Shown here piece after piece: positions 51,101-64,000 of a stretch of 64,000 nt of DNA. The stretch's first letter is position 1. Every line of letters begins with the position of its first letter. The notes under the pieces were generated by a model. It searched no databases, had not been told where the DNA came from, and was given only the letters and a program-made list of their open reading frames with translations. A program made the position numbers and the translations under genes. Location: assembly GCA_964035545.1 (NCBI GenBank), contig OZ037765.1, forward strand, positions 26,101,504-26,165,503, in the 5' to 3' direction. This DNA comes from Bugula neritina. Lineage: Eukaryota > Animalia > Bryozoa.

Positions 51101-54100
51101 CACTTGAGTAAGTTTATTGGTATGAAGATTATAAGATGCACATAGCCACTGGAAACCTGTATTCAACTTGTTGAGAAGTAGGTGTAAAGTTTCAGCCCCC
51201 CTCCTAACAGTGTTAGTTTAGTGGTTATTTGCAGCATAAGAAGTTGTCTGCTTATTCCAAATACTTAGAACAAGCAAAGCAAGAATCAATCCACCTCCCT
51301 GCACCTCAGTGCTGGTCAGACCAAGTGATGGGCAACATATCACCTCAATAAAACTTTCTACTTACAATAGTGCAACAGCTAGCAATCAACAATACCACAG
51401 AACCACACGGAGCCTCATCACTTCTATGGCTACATGTTACCTCGTAATGACACTATTTATTACAGCCCAGTACAAACTCATTTAGATGTAGAGAAACTTT
51501 GGTAACACAGATCTCCACAAATCATTTGACTTCAAGGAGAGTGTGTGATTTTCACTAGGCCTTAGCTAACTATAAAGTAGCACTTCAAGTTGTTTTTGTT
51601 ACTGCAACTGTTCCCTCCCCCAGTTTATAAGGGAGGGGGGGGGGGGGTGCATTCACTTCATGCTGGTTTCATTTATTCCACACAAAAATGCTACTAAGTC
51701 CTGTAACATTTATCAGAGCAAGAAGTAGGCCAGCAATAGCTAGGAGGCTATTAAAAGAAGTAGGCTGCACCAGTGATGGGTTTATTTGATTTATGTCCAT
51801 TTTATTTGAGAAGACTGAATGGATAAATATAAATTTAGTAAATTCAACACTTTAATAATGCCTCTTCATTGCTAGCATTAACACTCTGTTTGATAAGCAA
51901 CTTGATTCTTTTATAAAATAAAAAACATAACTTACTTTAAATTATTTTTAGATAACTGGTCTAGAACTTCAAGCAACTTGGCATGCTTTATCAAGAAATT
52001 TATATAATTTAAAGTCTTAAAGGATTGCTCTATCTTAGTTTATTACAATCACATTATAATTATGAACTATAATCTAATGTGTATGCAAACAATTGTGACT
52101 TTGCAAAGGGATAGATGCCTAGAAAAAGGCTTTTCAAAATTCCAATTTTGAGGGAGGTAAAATTTTCAGCCATGAAAAAGAATAGCCTAATACGTGACGT
52201 GTGAACGCCAGTAACTATGCTGCACGTGCTAACTATAACGCTAGTATTCAAGGTTGCTGAGCGCAACATCAACCAATAACGCTCAAGCAGTTACAGTGCG
52301 CTATATAGGTCAGCTTTGGTGCGCCCGTAATATTGCACAATCTGACCTAGTTTAGATCGATCGCAGGCATTCATCCTAAAGAATGCATGCTTTTGCAATG
52401 CTTTTTTCTATGCTTACAAGCAAAATATGGCCTAATGTTATCACATACATGTTATTTAACATGTCAAAAAACTATAGATTGAGATAATTCACATTTGCAC
52501 TTCTATAAATATACAAATTACGAGCTGAAAGATCACATCTCACAGTCATATTTCTATAGTTATTCATTTGTATAGTCACGTGACCAGCAGGAATGCTGGC
52601 GCTGTTACGTCACAGTTCCCAGCTCATTTCAAAATCGGCGTTTTGGCTGTTACCAATCTACACCCTCAACTTCAACTAACTTTTTCTACCTTTGGTCAAA
52701 TGCTTTTTGTCAATGCATGCTTAGAAAAACACAATATTATGTGTGTTTGACCTAAATGGCCATTTATTAGACAAGATAGAGCAATCCTTTAAATTAGTTT
52801 AAATTTGAGAGAGCTCAATAGTAAACTAAAAGCAATAGGAAGCAATTCTTGATGAATAACAATATTTGTAGTCATGGTGATAGTTTATGTAACATACTGC
52901 AGTATAATAATATATGACATCACACCAAAAAGTAGGTTAAGCTGTATGGTATGGTTTTAATTCATCATCCTTGGTAACTATTTATAGAAAACCAGATTTC
53001 AATTGCTGTAAAAAACTTAAAATATTCCAGAATGAAAACAGAATATTAAACAGAGATCAATTAAGGCATGGAGACTGCATTAGAAGCATCTGTTAATTTA
53101 ACTATGTTGCTGGTAGCCATATGAAGTGCATACTGTGTCATCAAGTTCAACAGGGTCCGTTGCTCAGCTACTTGTTTGTTGCAAATGTTCTACTTGTATA
53201 AAATTCAAGCCTTGTGGTGGTGACATATAATGAGCAAGGTTGAAAGTTTTAGTACAATGAGTTGTGTTGATGGAGTCTTGAGTGTAATCATTGGCTAGTG
53301 AGCGAGACTGGAGTCTTTCAACTAGCATAAGTTCTAAAGAATTGTTTGTGGTATAAGAAGTTGTCTGCTTACAAAATAAAGCTATCAAGCTCCAAACCCA
53401 AACACCAAATCAGAAATTTTAAAACCAAGTTAAACACAAAGTATGCTTGATTCTTCTTTTGCAAGCATGATGCATTGTTGGTTAAGTCTTAGCAGATCTA
53501 CACAACCAAAAATATCAGAGCAAGAAGAATCTAGAAGATAGATGGTTGGTTAGGTATCTGAGGGCAATCCATACTACTACTATAATACGTCATAGTTTCC
53601 CATTGACAACCTTTATGTCACAATGAGATACTGAATCATGGATTCAAACTTATGTTTTTCCTGTGCTATAAAACCTCATCATACACCGCTTAATCATATA
53701 CACAGTTGTAATGAGAGATTGTGTAGTTATTGTTTACAACTAGGAGTAGTGTTTGTGCACTTCCTGCCAAGATTGAAGACTGCAGTAAGAATTCATGGTT
53801 ATAGCAAAACAAATATTTAAAAAAAACTTCATCTTTATTAAATTATGTAAGAAGTCTTAAAAATTTGTATTATGTTTTATGAAATAAAGGCGACATGGTC
53901 TAAATTAGAATATAGAGGTGTTGTTCCACAAATAACCGAATTCAGTAGAGACCACCATTATCACTGCATACAGTGATACACAATCTTATTTTGTGGAATT
54001 TAAACGTTTTACATTTTTTATTTTGTATATCTTATATGGAGTCTCAGCATGGATATATTTTAGAAGATTACAGAGTAACTATTGAAACAGCACATAACCC

Positions 54101-54544
54101 TAGATTGTTAAATAGCCCAACAACTGGCCTCGTAGTTCAGTGCTACTTGACTGCTCTAGTCAATGACTCCTCTTTTGATATATATATATAAACTTTGATA
54201 TGGTTATCTGTAAAACTACTTCCAGTGATCCGTAGTGATGGAGATTGCAAGATTTATTGGGGGAATCACCTCTCCTCACCTTAATGCTGTATTTGTAGAG
54301 TTGGAAGTGGCCGCTAAGTTTGTAGAGCTAACACAAGTAAACCTACGCCAGAATATTAAACTTACTCCAACTATTTCAACACTCATAGCTACAACAAAGT
54401 TGAACTTACGGTTTCAGTGCTCTGTATGTATGCCGAGTTTTCCATTCCGCTATCTGGACTACCATCTCTTTTCAACCTCTCAGAATCAGTTTCTTTCTCT
54501 CCTTCAACTTTCACGTCAGTCAGTTCATACTCTTTGCTAGACAT
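45187..54544 (-). CDS. Concentrative Na+/nucleoside cotransporter, SLC28A3 (CNT3)-like, tandem copy B
   Basis: First coding exon 54544-54410 ([45 protein letters not shown]) is homologous to copy A exon 1. Same downstream exon series as copy A. Last exon [17 protein letters not shown] ends in TGA at 45187-45189. Two donors are GC rather than GT. Confidence 0.9.
52021..52788. mobile_element. Non-autonomous DNA transposon with TTAA target duplication (Kolobok-like)
   Basis: TTAA at 52017-52020 and 52789-52792 flank perfect 16-bp TIRs AGGATTGCTCTATCTT / AAGATAGAGCAATCCT. Interior is CpG-richer than the flanks and has no transposase ORF. Confidence 0.8.
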
Positions 54545-55391
54545 GATTAGGATCTAGACTAGAATGTCTGCCTGCCTAATTCCTCACCACTCCACTCTAT
54601 TCAAGTAACAAACAATAATAATTATCATAACCCCATCATTGCTACTGAAATGATTATTATCACTGGATAATAGGAGAAATTTAACAATGCAGGAGACTCC
54701 AGTACTGTAAATTTGCTATGCTCTTTAATACTAGTAATAATAGGCGAACTGGCAAAGGAAAATACCTCTTGGCATTAGAGAATTGAAACAGTGCAGCTTT
54801 TACAATTTTAAAGGAATTAGCTAAAGTGATAATTATTCTACAGTGCAAAACCTACTGCTATGAATAACTCCAGTCAAAATAGATAGAGGACAATAAACTT
54901 ATTATATAGCTAGAAGGCTACACCTGGAGACAGGAACAGAAGTCTACAAAAGTTATTAGTACACAGTTTGTAGCTCATGATGTAGCTGATTTACACTTAC
55001 CTAAATTGATCACGACTCAAAAGAGCTGTCCCACGCCACTGTCTGTGGTCTCCAAAGGTTTGTAACAAACTAGTAACACAAATATGATGTATGAGCTCAT
55101 TGAAGCATGCATTAGCATGAATGTACAGTAGAGTAATGGGAACATTGAAATATTTTGTGGTTAGCTGCAGCTAAATTTGCACCAATTTCCAACACACTTT
55201 TGAAACAGCTATCGCTAAAGTTGCATCTAGTAAGAAGAGTGGAGATTTTTAGACTTGAGTTAAGTTTCAATGTTATTATAGCTAATGCAAGCTTTCTAAG
55301 CTTAATGTAAAGTAAATATCTCGTTAAAAATTATTGATGAAAAGGGGGCTTCTTAATGGGGGCTAAGCTTGTAGTACAGGAGTAATTGTTA

Positions 55392-55734
55392 GCCTAGGGC
55401 CACACTGTAGTATTTTCGCATGCGAAAATTGAAACCACAGGTAGCAAAGGTGTCCACTGTAGCATCAGTGATGCGGGATAAATAAAGCTTTCATTTCTAA
55501 ATCGCACTCGCTTTTAATAAAACGCAATTTACTGGAATATAGCACTAAAATAAAAGAATTGGGCTCACTAAATAACTACCAGCCAATTAGGTGACGACGA
55601 CAGAGACGATTCGCACTTGCGTTGAGAATGCTGAGCGACAAGTGCGAATGTTTTCTCAACGCATACAGTGGACACCTTTGCTACTTGTGGTTTAAATGTT
55701 CGCATGCGAAAATACGCACCGTGTGGCCCTAGGC
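55392..55734. mobile_element. PIF/Harbinger (Tourist-like) MITE
   Basis: About 70-bp imperfect TIRs starting GCCTAGGGCCACAC and ending GTGTGGCCCTAGGC, flanked by 3-bp TTA duplication (55389-55391, 55735-55737). Confidence 0.82.
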
Positions 55735-56835
55735 TTAGCTGATGCTCTTGCTGACCCCACAAATGACCTGCATGAACCTAGGCAATTGCTTTAACCAGTG
55801 GTAGCATATGCCTGCTATTTTAGTTTTGTCATTGTGTTCACACCCTATTCGCACCTTACTTTGGGGAACTTGAAGTTGTCGATATGCAAGCTGATAACTA
55901 ATAGTTTATTATACCATCTATTTTCATCATTTAATTTTATCTATACAGAGAGTTGTTCTCTCTTTTCTTTTTTGCTTTCTCTGTAAAACGATTTTAGCCA
56001 CAATTCATTGTTATTAATATGCTGTCATGCTTTACTAATAAGGTATACATAGACTGAACACTCGTAAAATGTGTTTACAATCATCCACACAATAATAATA
56101 TGCTTCAGTCTACACAAAATCAACAGAAGTTTAGGTAGAGATGTGTGGACCAGTGGCCTGAAAGAAGTCCTCTCCAGTAATGAATTAATTTGTTTGAAAA
56201 GGGATGAGATTTTGGGTCGATTCATCAGTTCACAGCTTATTAGTATTATAAATTTGCCAAACCATATTTGTTATTTGTCTTCTATTTCTTTTACCTACTG
56301 TGTTTCAAACAAAAATAGCAATAAACATGCTGCAGTACTGCATGTTCGTTTTATCAACAACCTACTATTAAGCCACGATGTCTCTTAGTATAACAGTTTA
56401 TTTTTGTTTATGTCTAAAGCCTTAACACGTTGATAACACTTCATTTAATTTTAGGTCTTAAAAACAATATTCCAAACATACATATACAAAGCAGTTATTA
56501 TAAGTTATACTTAGTAATTACATGGTATATTTATTATAGAAGTGCACAGTGTGATGCTACATCCCATTCTGAACAGCGTGATATAATCATCATATAAATA
56601 TGCGACTAGAGAATGGACGGCAATGAACTAAAACTAGTGAATAACTACTTATAAGGTCAGGTACACTACTGATAAATATTGGTAAATAACATAAAAAAGG
56701 TTAAAAGGGAAGAGGAGGTTTTTAGCTAATAAGCGTTTTAGAATTTGGAGTTCGGTTTAGTTTTAGTTAAGAAAATGTACCTATATAAGCCCAAGGACCA
56801 CTTTCACTGCTATAGATTAAGACAAGGCAGTAACT

Positions 56836-56837
<2 letters not shown>

Positions 56838-56884
<47 letters not shown>
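56838..56884 (+). repeat. (TA)n microsatellite
   Basis: Directly visible dinucleotide run. Confidence 0.97.
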
Positions 56885-56886
<2 letters not shown>

Positions 56887-57439
56887 TAATATTTCTGTAT
56901 TGCTTTTAGTTTTCACGCTAGTAACCCTTATACTTATACTAATACTTATAGTTATAGTTAATTTTATTCAGCTAATGTTATACACTGTGCCAGTAATAAA
57001 AATGAATATATTGTATATACTATATGACAATTATATAATTTTAATAACTATAGCTATATTTTTATTTTTATTTCTAGTATTAATATTTATTGATTTTTAA
57101 ATAAGCAAACAAAAAAGTAGATTCTAACCTGAGACTGTTTCAAGTTTGCTTCCAGTGGGTAGTGATCATTGAACCTTCCCCAAAGTGAAATTTAGCTCTA
57201 CAAGTGCACTGTTAGACTAGAAATGTTACAGCACTGAGCTCATGTATGCTTAGAATAAGAATGACAAAGGGACACAAATGCCAGTGCATGTGATTACAGC
57301 AATATATTATAGTGGTTGGGAAGCAGGTTTGTTTTGTAAAGTTAGTGCTGACCCAGTACATAAATCTGCTCTTTGATGTCTGCAGTAGCTGAGCAGCAAT
57401 GCTGACCAGTTAGTAGTAATGGGTTTAGCAGTTGCTTTT

Positions 57440-57620
57440 CTTTGAAGTGAGAGTTTATCGCACCGAAAACTTGGTATTTCAAGTGGACCAGCCGATCACT
57501 AAAGTCTGTTTAAAATTGAAAGAACATTGCTGCACGAACTCGCGCGCTGATTGGTCGAACTACAATTGTGTAAAACCTTGATTATATTGGGCGTTTGCCA
57601 ACATTGATGTTTGCCAATCT
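57440..57620. promoter_or_regulatory. CpG-enriched candidate promoter with CCAAT boxes
   Basis: Local CpG cluster (GCACGAACTCGCGCGCTGATTGGTCG), several ATTGG/CCAAT motifs, upstream of a minus-strand donor at 57128. Probably a 5'UTR promoter of SLC28 copy B (inferred). Confidence 0.45.
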
Positions 57621-58349
57621 CTTCCAATACTAAAGTATTAATATACAAAAATATAGGTTGATTTGTGAAGCATTGTGCAAAAGTGGTGTAAATTATTGAA
57701 TTGTTATTAACATGGTTGTCATTTTAAGCTAATCTTTGCCATGTTGTTTTCTATTATGCATATGGTAACCAGTTTATAATATCTGAGATTGCCAATAAAT
57801 GGAAATAGTAGTAATGATGCTAAGAATAGTAGCTTTATCATTTTTAGTTCTGCTTGGTGACAATGTGTATCTTTCGCTTAATATATATTCATAAGCAAAG
57901 AATTGTTATTTCTTTATTATTATATTATACACACGGATGATGTTTAACACAAAGAAACCAAGCACTACTGACCTTATATTTGCTTTTATAGAGTTATCTT
58001 ACCCAGTTTAAGCGATAAGCGATAAGCCACATTATAGCGTGAGCACCGCAAATATACCACAATATTAATAGATAAAGTATGAATAGAGCAGTGTCAAATA
58101 ATAATAAAACAGACCCTTTGCTCTAATCGTAGGCTAGACATGCTAGTAATTTCAATAGTCCTTGACACTCAGGTAGGTCAAATCTCGGGTCACTTTGAAA
58201 AATTTCTGTAATTTTACTAAATCTGTAGTAGATTATTGAATATTAATTTTAATAATTAAAATCTACAACTAAAAGTGATAATAAGTAGTGCTTATAAGGA
58301 TATGAACACAAATTGTTGTTGTACTAAACCAGCGAGCGTGGCACAAAAA

Positions 58350-58950
58350 TTAAATAAAATAAAACTGAAAATCAAAATGAAAATACTGATAGTGATACTG
58401 ATAGTGATAGTGATAGACGATAGTGATAGTGATACTGATAGACGATAGTCGGTAGTAATAGTAATACCGATACTATTAGTATTACTATTACTGTATTAGT
58501 ATTATTAATATTATTAGCATTACTACAAGTAATATTATTACTATCATTATCAGTAACACTCAGTATCTACTATCTATCATACTCGGTCACTATCAGTATC
58601 GCTATTACTATTAGTATTAGTATTAGTATTACTATTAGTATTAGTATTACTAATATTAATACTAATACTAATACTATTAGTAATAGTATTAGTAATACTT
58701 AATACTTAATAATAGTGAATGTGATCAGTTGATTTGGGCTTAGCTTTGTTAATATTAATAATTAATATTATTTCTATTGTCAATAAGTATTGAATTTTCT
58801 AATAGATTATGACACTCTTACTATTAGTATTAAATTTACATTGTAATTATTACCATTTGCACTCAGTGGCTATAAAAGTATAATCACCATTATTAATATT
58901 ATTATTACTACTACTTACTAGCACTTTTAGTTTTAGTTTTAGATAGCTGC
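58350..58950. repeat. Degenerate 6-bp-periodic tract downstream of a plus-strand donor at 58172
   Basis: AAAATA AAACTG AAAATC AAAATG; TACTGA TAGTGA TACTGA TAGTGA TAGTGA; TATTAG TATTAG TATTAG TATTAC; TTTTAG repeats. Confidence 0.8.
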
Positions 58951-61412
58951 TAGTGCTACGCCTACTGGCAGTAAATGGCTATTTTGTTATAAAATTAGAA
59001 GCAAATTTTTCAAGTTAAATTTTTTACAAGATTCAAATTATAATTTTAATTAAAAAGATCAAACTTTTGATCATAAAATAAAATTGATTTCAAAATAAAA
59101 TCTGGTGAAACAAGCTTATCAGCATTTATTCTGAAGATGGTCCTTAATTTCATAATCAAAAGCTATTTATTTCTTTTAATACAATATAATTATATGTATT
59201 TTATGTGCAATTTATTTGAATATTATTGAAATGTATGTGGGTGTGTTTGCCTAATTTAGTACAAACTGGGAAAAACAAGGCAAAAATTATTTTTTGCTTG
59301 AAAATTACAAAATTTGCCCAACTGATGTAATTTGACCTGCTGAATTCAAATATATATGTAAAAAATTGATTTGAGTGGGTAATCCAACAGTTTGATGCAA
59401 ATAGGTATATGACATTACAGCAATTTCAGTATACATAGAGCATTAGCTTTAGGCTGGTAAGATTGTTATTCATTAGCTACAAAGTAAAATAAAACAGAAA
59501 ATTGACTTAAAACTGGTTGTAAGAGGGAAAATTGTTCAAATTTATTCATCATAAACAACTATGAGTACATATATTGTGTGAATGTTTCATACACTAATTT
59601 TTTTAGCAGAATAGAATTGATTGATTTTCTACATGATCAGATGCATTGCAAAAGAAATTATTCATTTACAAACTGAAAAGATACAATTGAAATTATTACA
59701 ATAAAAAATATGCTATTTTTTATAATTGTATAAGTTTTTTCAGTCTTCGGCCAACTTTTCAAAATTATCTTCGTCTCACTCTCTGTTATACTCCGTAACT
59801 GCCATAACGGATAACATCTATAATAAACATTATTTCTTTAAAAAAGTCTTAGTGCGTATATGATTTGCAAAATATCTGAGTCTATTTTACACTGAATATA
59901 ATCATTAGCATTTATTTTCTATAATTGATGGATTATAATAATCGTTATCATGACGATATTGATAATCATCAATTTCAAACTCAAACTGTAATTGTAAAAG
60001 TTGGACTTTGAGTAAGTCAAATATTAACAACTTGCAACTCCTACTAACTATTATTAGTTATAAATTAAAACCACCAAATGATTAAATGTCATGAAACACT
60101 CACCTATTTGTAGGATGTAGGTTAATTGAGAGAATTAGGAATATTTTTTCGTTTATTTCAACAAGTCAATTGAATTTCAATTTGAAACCCGTAAAATGTT
60201 GCTAAGCGGATGCGTCAGATTAATCTCTCTCAAACTTGAATTGCAATATTTCTTCGTGAAATTTGACAAATAACTATAATTTTTATGCAACAATATAATT
60301 AACAACAAATTTTCAATATTTATTCAAAATAAAAATAAAACTTTAGAGGAATTAAATTTAGTTTTTATTTTTATTACAAGACTTTTGAAAGTAAGTCGCT
60401 TAATAAATAGACAACTCCGCAGTAATTTCGCGCCATTTGGTTATCCATTTGCACGGAGAGGTGAACTTTGAGTTAACTTCAACATTCAAAATCACATTGT
60501 ATGCAAACACGCCAATAAAACCGGGCAATATGCATATTATTTAAAAGAGAAAAATATATTCTACAAAATGAAATGAATAATGTGAAGTTTTAATGAACTT
60601 GATAAAAATTATGTCCTGTTAAATGTACAAAACCTCTGAAACTTCGAAAGTGTCACTAAGATATTTAGTACAAAATACCACAGTAAACTTCAATTTCTTA
60701 GTCAAATGTTGAACGCATATTATCAATGTTTGTTTTTTCAGATTATTTAGAGGATTTTACACAAAATAAGTGTAATTACAATCTTTCACAGCTAAAAAAT
60801 ACTGAAATTAGACAGCTTAAAAATTTTATGTTTGGCATTAGGGATTTGTACTAAATTAAGTGGACATAGCCATGTATATTTCAATAAATTTGGATCAATT
60901 GTTTGTTATTTAGCACTTAAATGAATTCCTTTGATCTGCATTAACTTATTAATTTTGCATTTTCTTTATTTCTTGTTTGGAAAAATAATATTTCAATAAG
61001 AAGTATTCATTAAAGATAATGTATATTGTTAATGTATTTCTTTTTTTTGTCCCATACAAATTATAAAAAGAAATTGGAATATTATTCCAGATAATTCATA
61101 TTAACTACTATTTCATGTTTAGCAATCCATACAACATTTATATAGGTATATATGGGTATATTACTCTATATCGCACCAAAATATAAAATAGCGTATAAGT
61201 GGGAAGTATCTATCTGGGATGAACCCTTTTATAAAACATATTTTGCTATGTTTCCTGCAATATTTTTTTTTCAAAGAGTATTTAGTCTGATCAAATACTT
61301 TTAAAATTAAATTTATTGGAACTTGATCAGAGTTGAAAGCATAGTATTTAAATTACCTGCAAATGAAACAGTGTTAAATAGCTGCTTTATTCATCTGAAT
61401 CTTGATTTACAG

Positions 61413-63498
61413 ATGCCATTCATAGTTGGATCATGGTATGTTTAGATGATGGTATAATTTGTGTTCCTCAACACTCTCTTGAGAGTTCGAGTTTTTGTCT
61501 CCCAAGTAAAGTTAAATGTGATGGAAAAGTTGACTGTCAGCTTGGGGTAGATGAGGAAGATTGCCCAGTTTGTAAGTTCAATAGAACAGTGATTCTCAGC
61601 TTTTCTTGACTGATTTGAAAATGTGATTTTGCTTTTGCAATTTGTCTGCTGTTTGTTTATTGCTGCTGGAATAGTTGCCTAATTTCTTTGATAATAAAGC
61701 TAGGCAATATACAATATGCAGTTTTTTCTATTTAGCATAAGAGGAAAGAATTTCTTGCTTATATGCAGTAAAGCAAATACAATATAATGGTATTCAAAAT
61801 TTCCTTCATGGCTTTCACAACTTTCTCTAAACAAAAAGTTTCTTGTTGTTTACATGTTTGTTTTAATGTACAAAATCAGGAATCTTCAATTGTGGATTTT
61901 GTTATTACTTAATTTTGCTTTCCAATTTAAAGTGAGTAAATCATTAATTAGAATTTCTTATTATATTGTATTTCTATTTGCTTCATTTTGCATACATAAT
62001 ACTGTCTCTTATTTTAGCCTTGTCCCCGGGGTTGCAGGCTCTAGTGGCATTGTGTGTGATTGCTGTCATCATAGCAGTACCTGTTTTATATGCTTTTATT
62101 CGTAAGAGGCAAGGAAAGCCAGTTGTTCCAGAGCTACTGCAACCATGCTTCAACAGAATAACAACATATTTTGCATGCTGCACCAAGATAAAAGGTTTAA
62201 TGATATATACTTGACTATTCTCTTTGAATTTTTGTGGATGTTGTCCTTGATTAAAATTAGTTCTTCTACTACACATAAAACTTAAGAATTTTTTCTCTCT
62301 AGTGTTAGCTATGAATTTGGAATGTGAATAGTATTTTCCTATTTTTTTGTAAATGCGTGCATATCTTCATGCTTTGATAAGGAATTAATTTACAATACTG
62401 ATTGACAAGGATTGCCATTTTATAAATTATAGTTACTAATTTGCATTAATTTTGCTATCAAAATTCAGTTACCATGACATCTTAATGTTTCCAGGGAGCA
62501 ACTACATTTGACTATCAACATTTGCCTGCGTTATATGTTTACAGGATCAGATAACAGTGCTCAGGAGCTCACTGTAGATCACAGACAAACTACACCAACC
62601 TCACCTGACGGCTCACATGCTTTCAACAATGTATGTAAATTTATATAGACACTGTTCATTCAGGTTTAATGAACTTGCCATATACTTACTTCATAACCGG
62701 AATTTATTGAATAAAATTAGTTTCTTTTATAACACTTTATGAGTATAAACATATTTTAAATAATATTCACCGTAATATTTTTAAACACTAACCAACATTA
62801 TTAAAAGTACTTTGCGTTTAGAAAAAAATTTATTGTAGGCTTTTGAAAAGACATCTCCTTCACCTAGTTCTTCACCAGCACAGCCACACGGTTACTCCGT
62901 GACTGGCCGCCCACTCAATAAGTTTAAGCAAGCAGTGAATGAGGCTGATTTAGAGCGTGCTCCATCGTTCCGTGACTGGCAAGTTAATCGACTGCAGCAA
63001 CATAGCACTGCAGGGGCTGCCAACCAAACCAAGAAGACAAAAGATTATAGCCGCGGAAAAGTCAATCACACTGTAGAAATCAATAGGGTGTCAAATAATA
63101 ACTCCAATTCTAAACCCTATAATATGACCAATCACCAAGCGCCAATCACATATGTTCCTGGAGCAAACCGAGTACATGAACCTTCCACTGCTCGACAGAA
63201 AACTCCTTATTCCATTACTACGCAAAGTGGTCGAAGTGACTATGAAGTTCGAAGTCATTTGGACCAAGTTCCATCAAGCAGTTCGCACCAAGCCAGTAGT
63301 TACTACCGGAGACAACCTAAACAATATGGCTCTAACCAGCCTCCTCCTCGATACGATAGCTACCTTCAAAACTCTTCAGCAGTTCAGCCTAACCAGCTTC
63401 GAACTGCACTGGAACAAGTAGCCCTCTCTACCTCAACAGGTGCAGTCAACTTCCAAGCAGAAACTGGACACAATACATCAGCAGACACTGTTGTTTAG
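61413..63498 (+). CDS. Single LDL-receptor class A domain membrane protein (LDLRAD-like); start codon not resolved
   Basis: Exons 61413-61571 (CLDDGIIC..FCLPSKVKCDGKVDCQLGVDEEDC, LDLa six-Cys/acidic pattern), 62018-62193 (TM ALVALCVIAVIIAVPVLYAFI followed by RKRQ), 62545-62630 and 62839-63498 (disordered tail with PPRY, ending DTVV) are phase-compatible. Confidence 0.78.
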
Positions 63499-64000
63499 TT
63501 GCTGATTCTACAAGAGCTATATGCTATATTCAATTTATTAGATTTCTTGTCCATATAGATTGTATTCTCAAATCTGACATCTGTCACATCACTCGATATG
63601 TGGGGGAAGAAAATTCGCTAAAACCGCTTCTCGGGTATAAAAATGGGAACTAGAATTTGAGCAAGACTGTATGCATGAATCTAGTTCACCACTAAGACAA
63701 TTTATCATGTCATGAATTTCAATTTTAAGGCTTCCTTCAATTATTGAACATTATATTAGCTGTTTGCAAGTATTTACTGTGTGCTCAATTTTTTTTAGCA
63801 AGCAAAATTTACATTTTTTTCAAAACTGGAAATGGCCTAAATTTCTATGAAATGGCATAGCTTTCATCAATTATTTCTTTAAAACACATTAAAGTGAAAA
63901 TATTATTACTTGATGTTCAAATTTTTACTATTGATTTATATTTAATTGTTCTCGCATGCTATATTATTTAATACCATGTTTTCAGCATAACCGAATTGTA

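Noticed and set aside
54235-54540. 101-aa plus-strand ORF
   Set aside because: Antisense to the first coding exon of SLC28 copy B (54544-54410), which is supported by homology to copy A.
56900-57100. Hydrophobic 66-aa ORF resembling a membrane peptide
   Set aside because: By-product of an AT-rich hexamer tract (LILILI); TTG start and no other support.
57935-57975. C/D-box-like ATGATG..CTGA
   Set aside because: Too short (about 40 nt), imperfect C box and no recognisable guide.

Overview
AT-rich, intron-rich eukaryotic (invertebrate animal) genomic DNA, not prokaryotic; most short ORFs in the track are exon fragments or antisense shadows. I assembled nine spliced protein-coding genes by hand: FKBP12 (+), TXNDC11 (-), a secreted LRR protein fused to a catalytically dead trypsin-like domain (+), TRAPPC2L (-), TTC4 (+), an SLC16/MCT-family transporter (+), two tandem SLC28/CNT nucleoside transporters (-) and a single-LDLa membrane protein with PPxY and PDZ-type motifs (+). 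Introns carry a tRNA-derived SINE family and non-autonomous DNA elements resembling hAT, Kolobok and PIF/Harbinger, plus a foldback element and perfect hairpins. The most unusual signals are: (1) drifting 6-bp-periodic tracts that recur just downstream of predicted first-exon donors of several genes; (2) the LRR-pseudoprotease architecture; (3) an exon-by-exon mosaic of near-identity and deep divergence between the two SLC28 copies, one of which needs two consecutive GC-AG introns; (4) a bidirectional promoter that is itself an inverted repeat. Family assignments rest on recalled motifs, not database searches, and 5'UTR exons and TSS positions are inferred.
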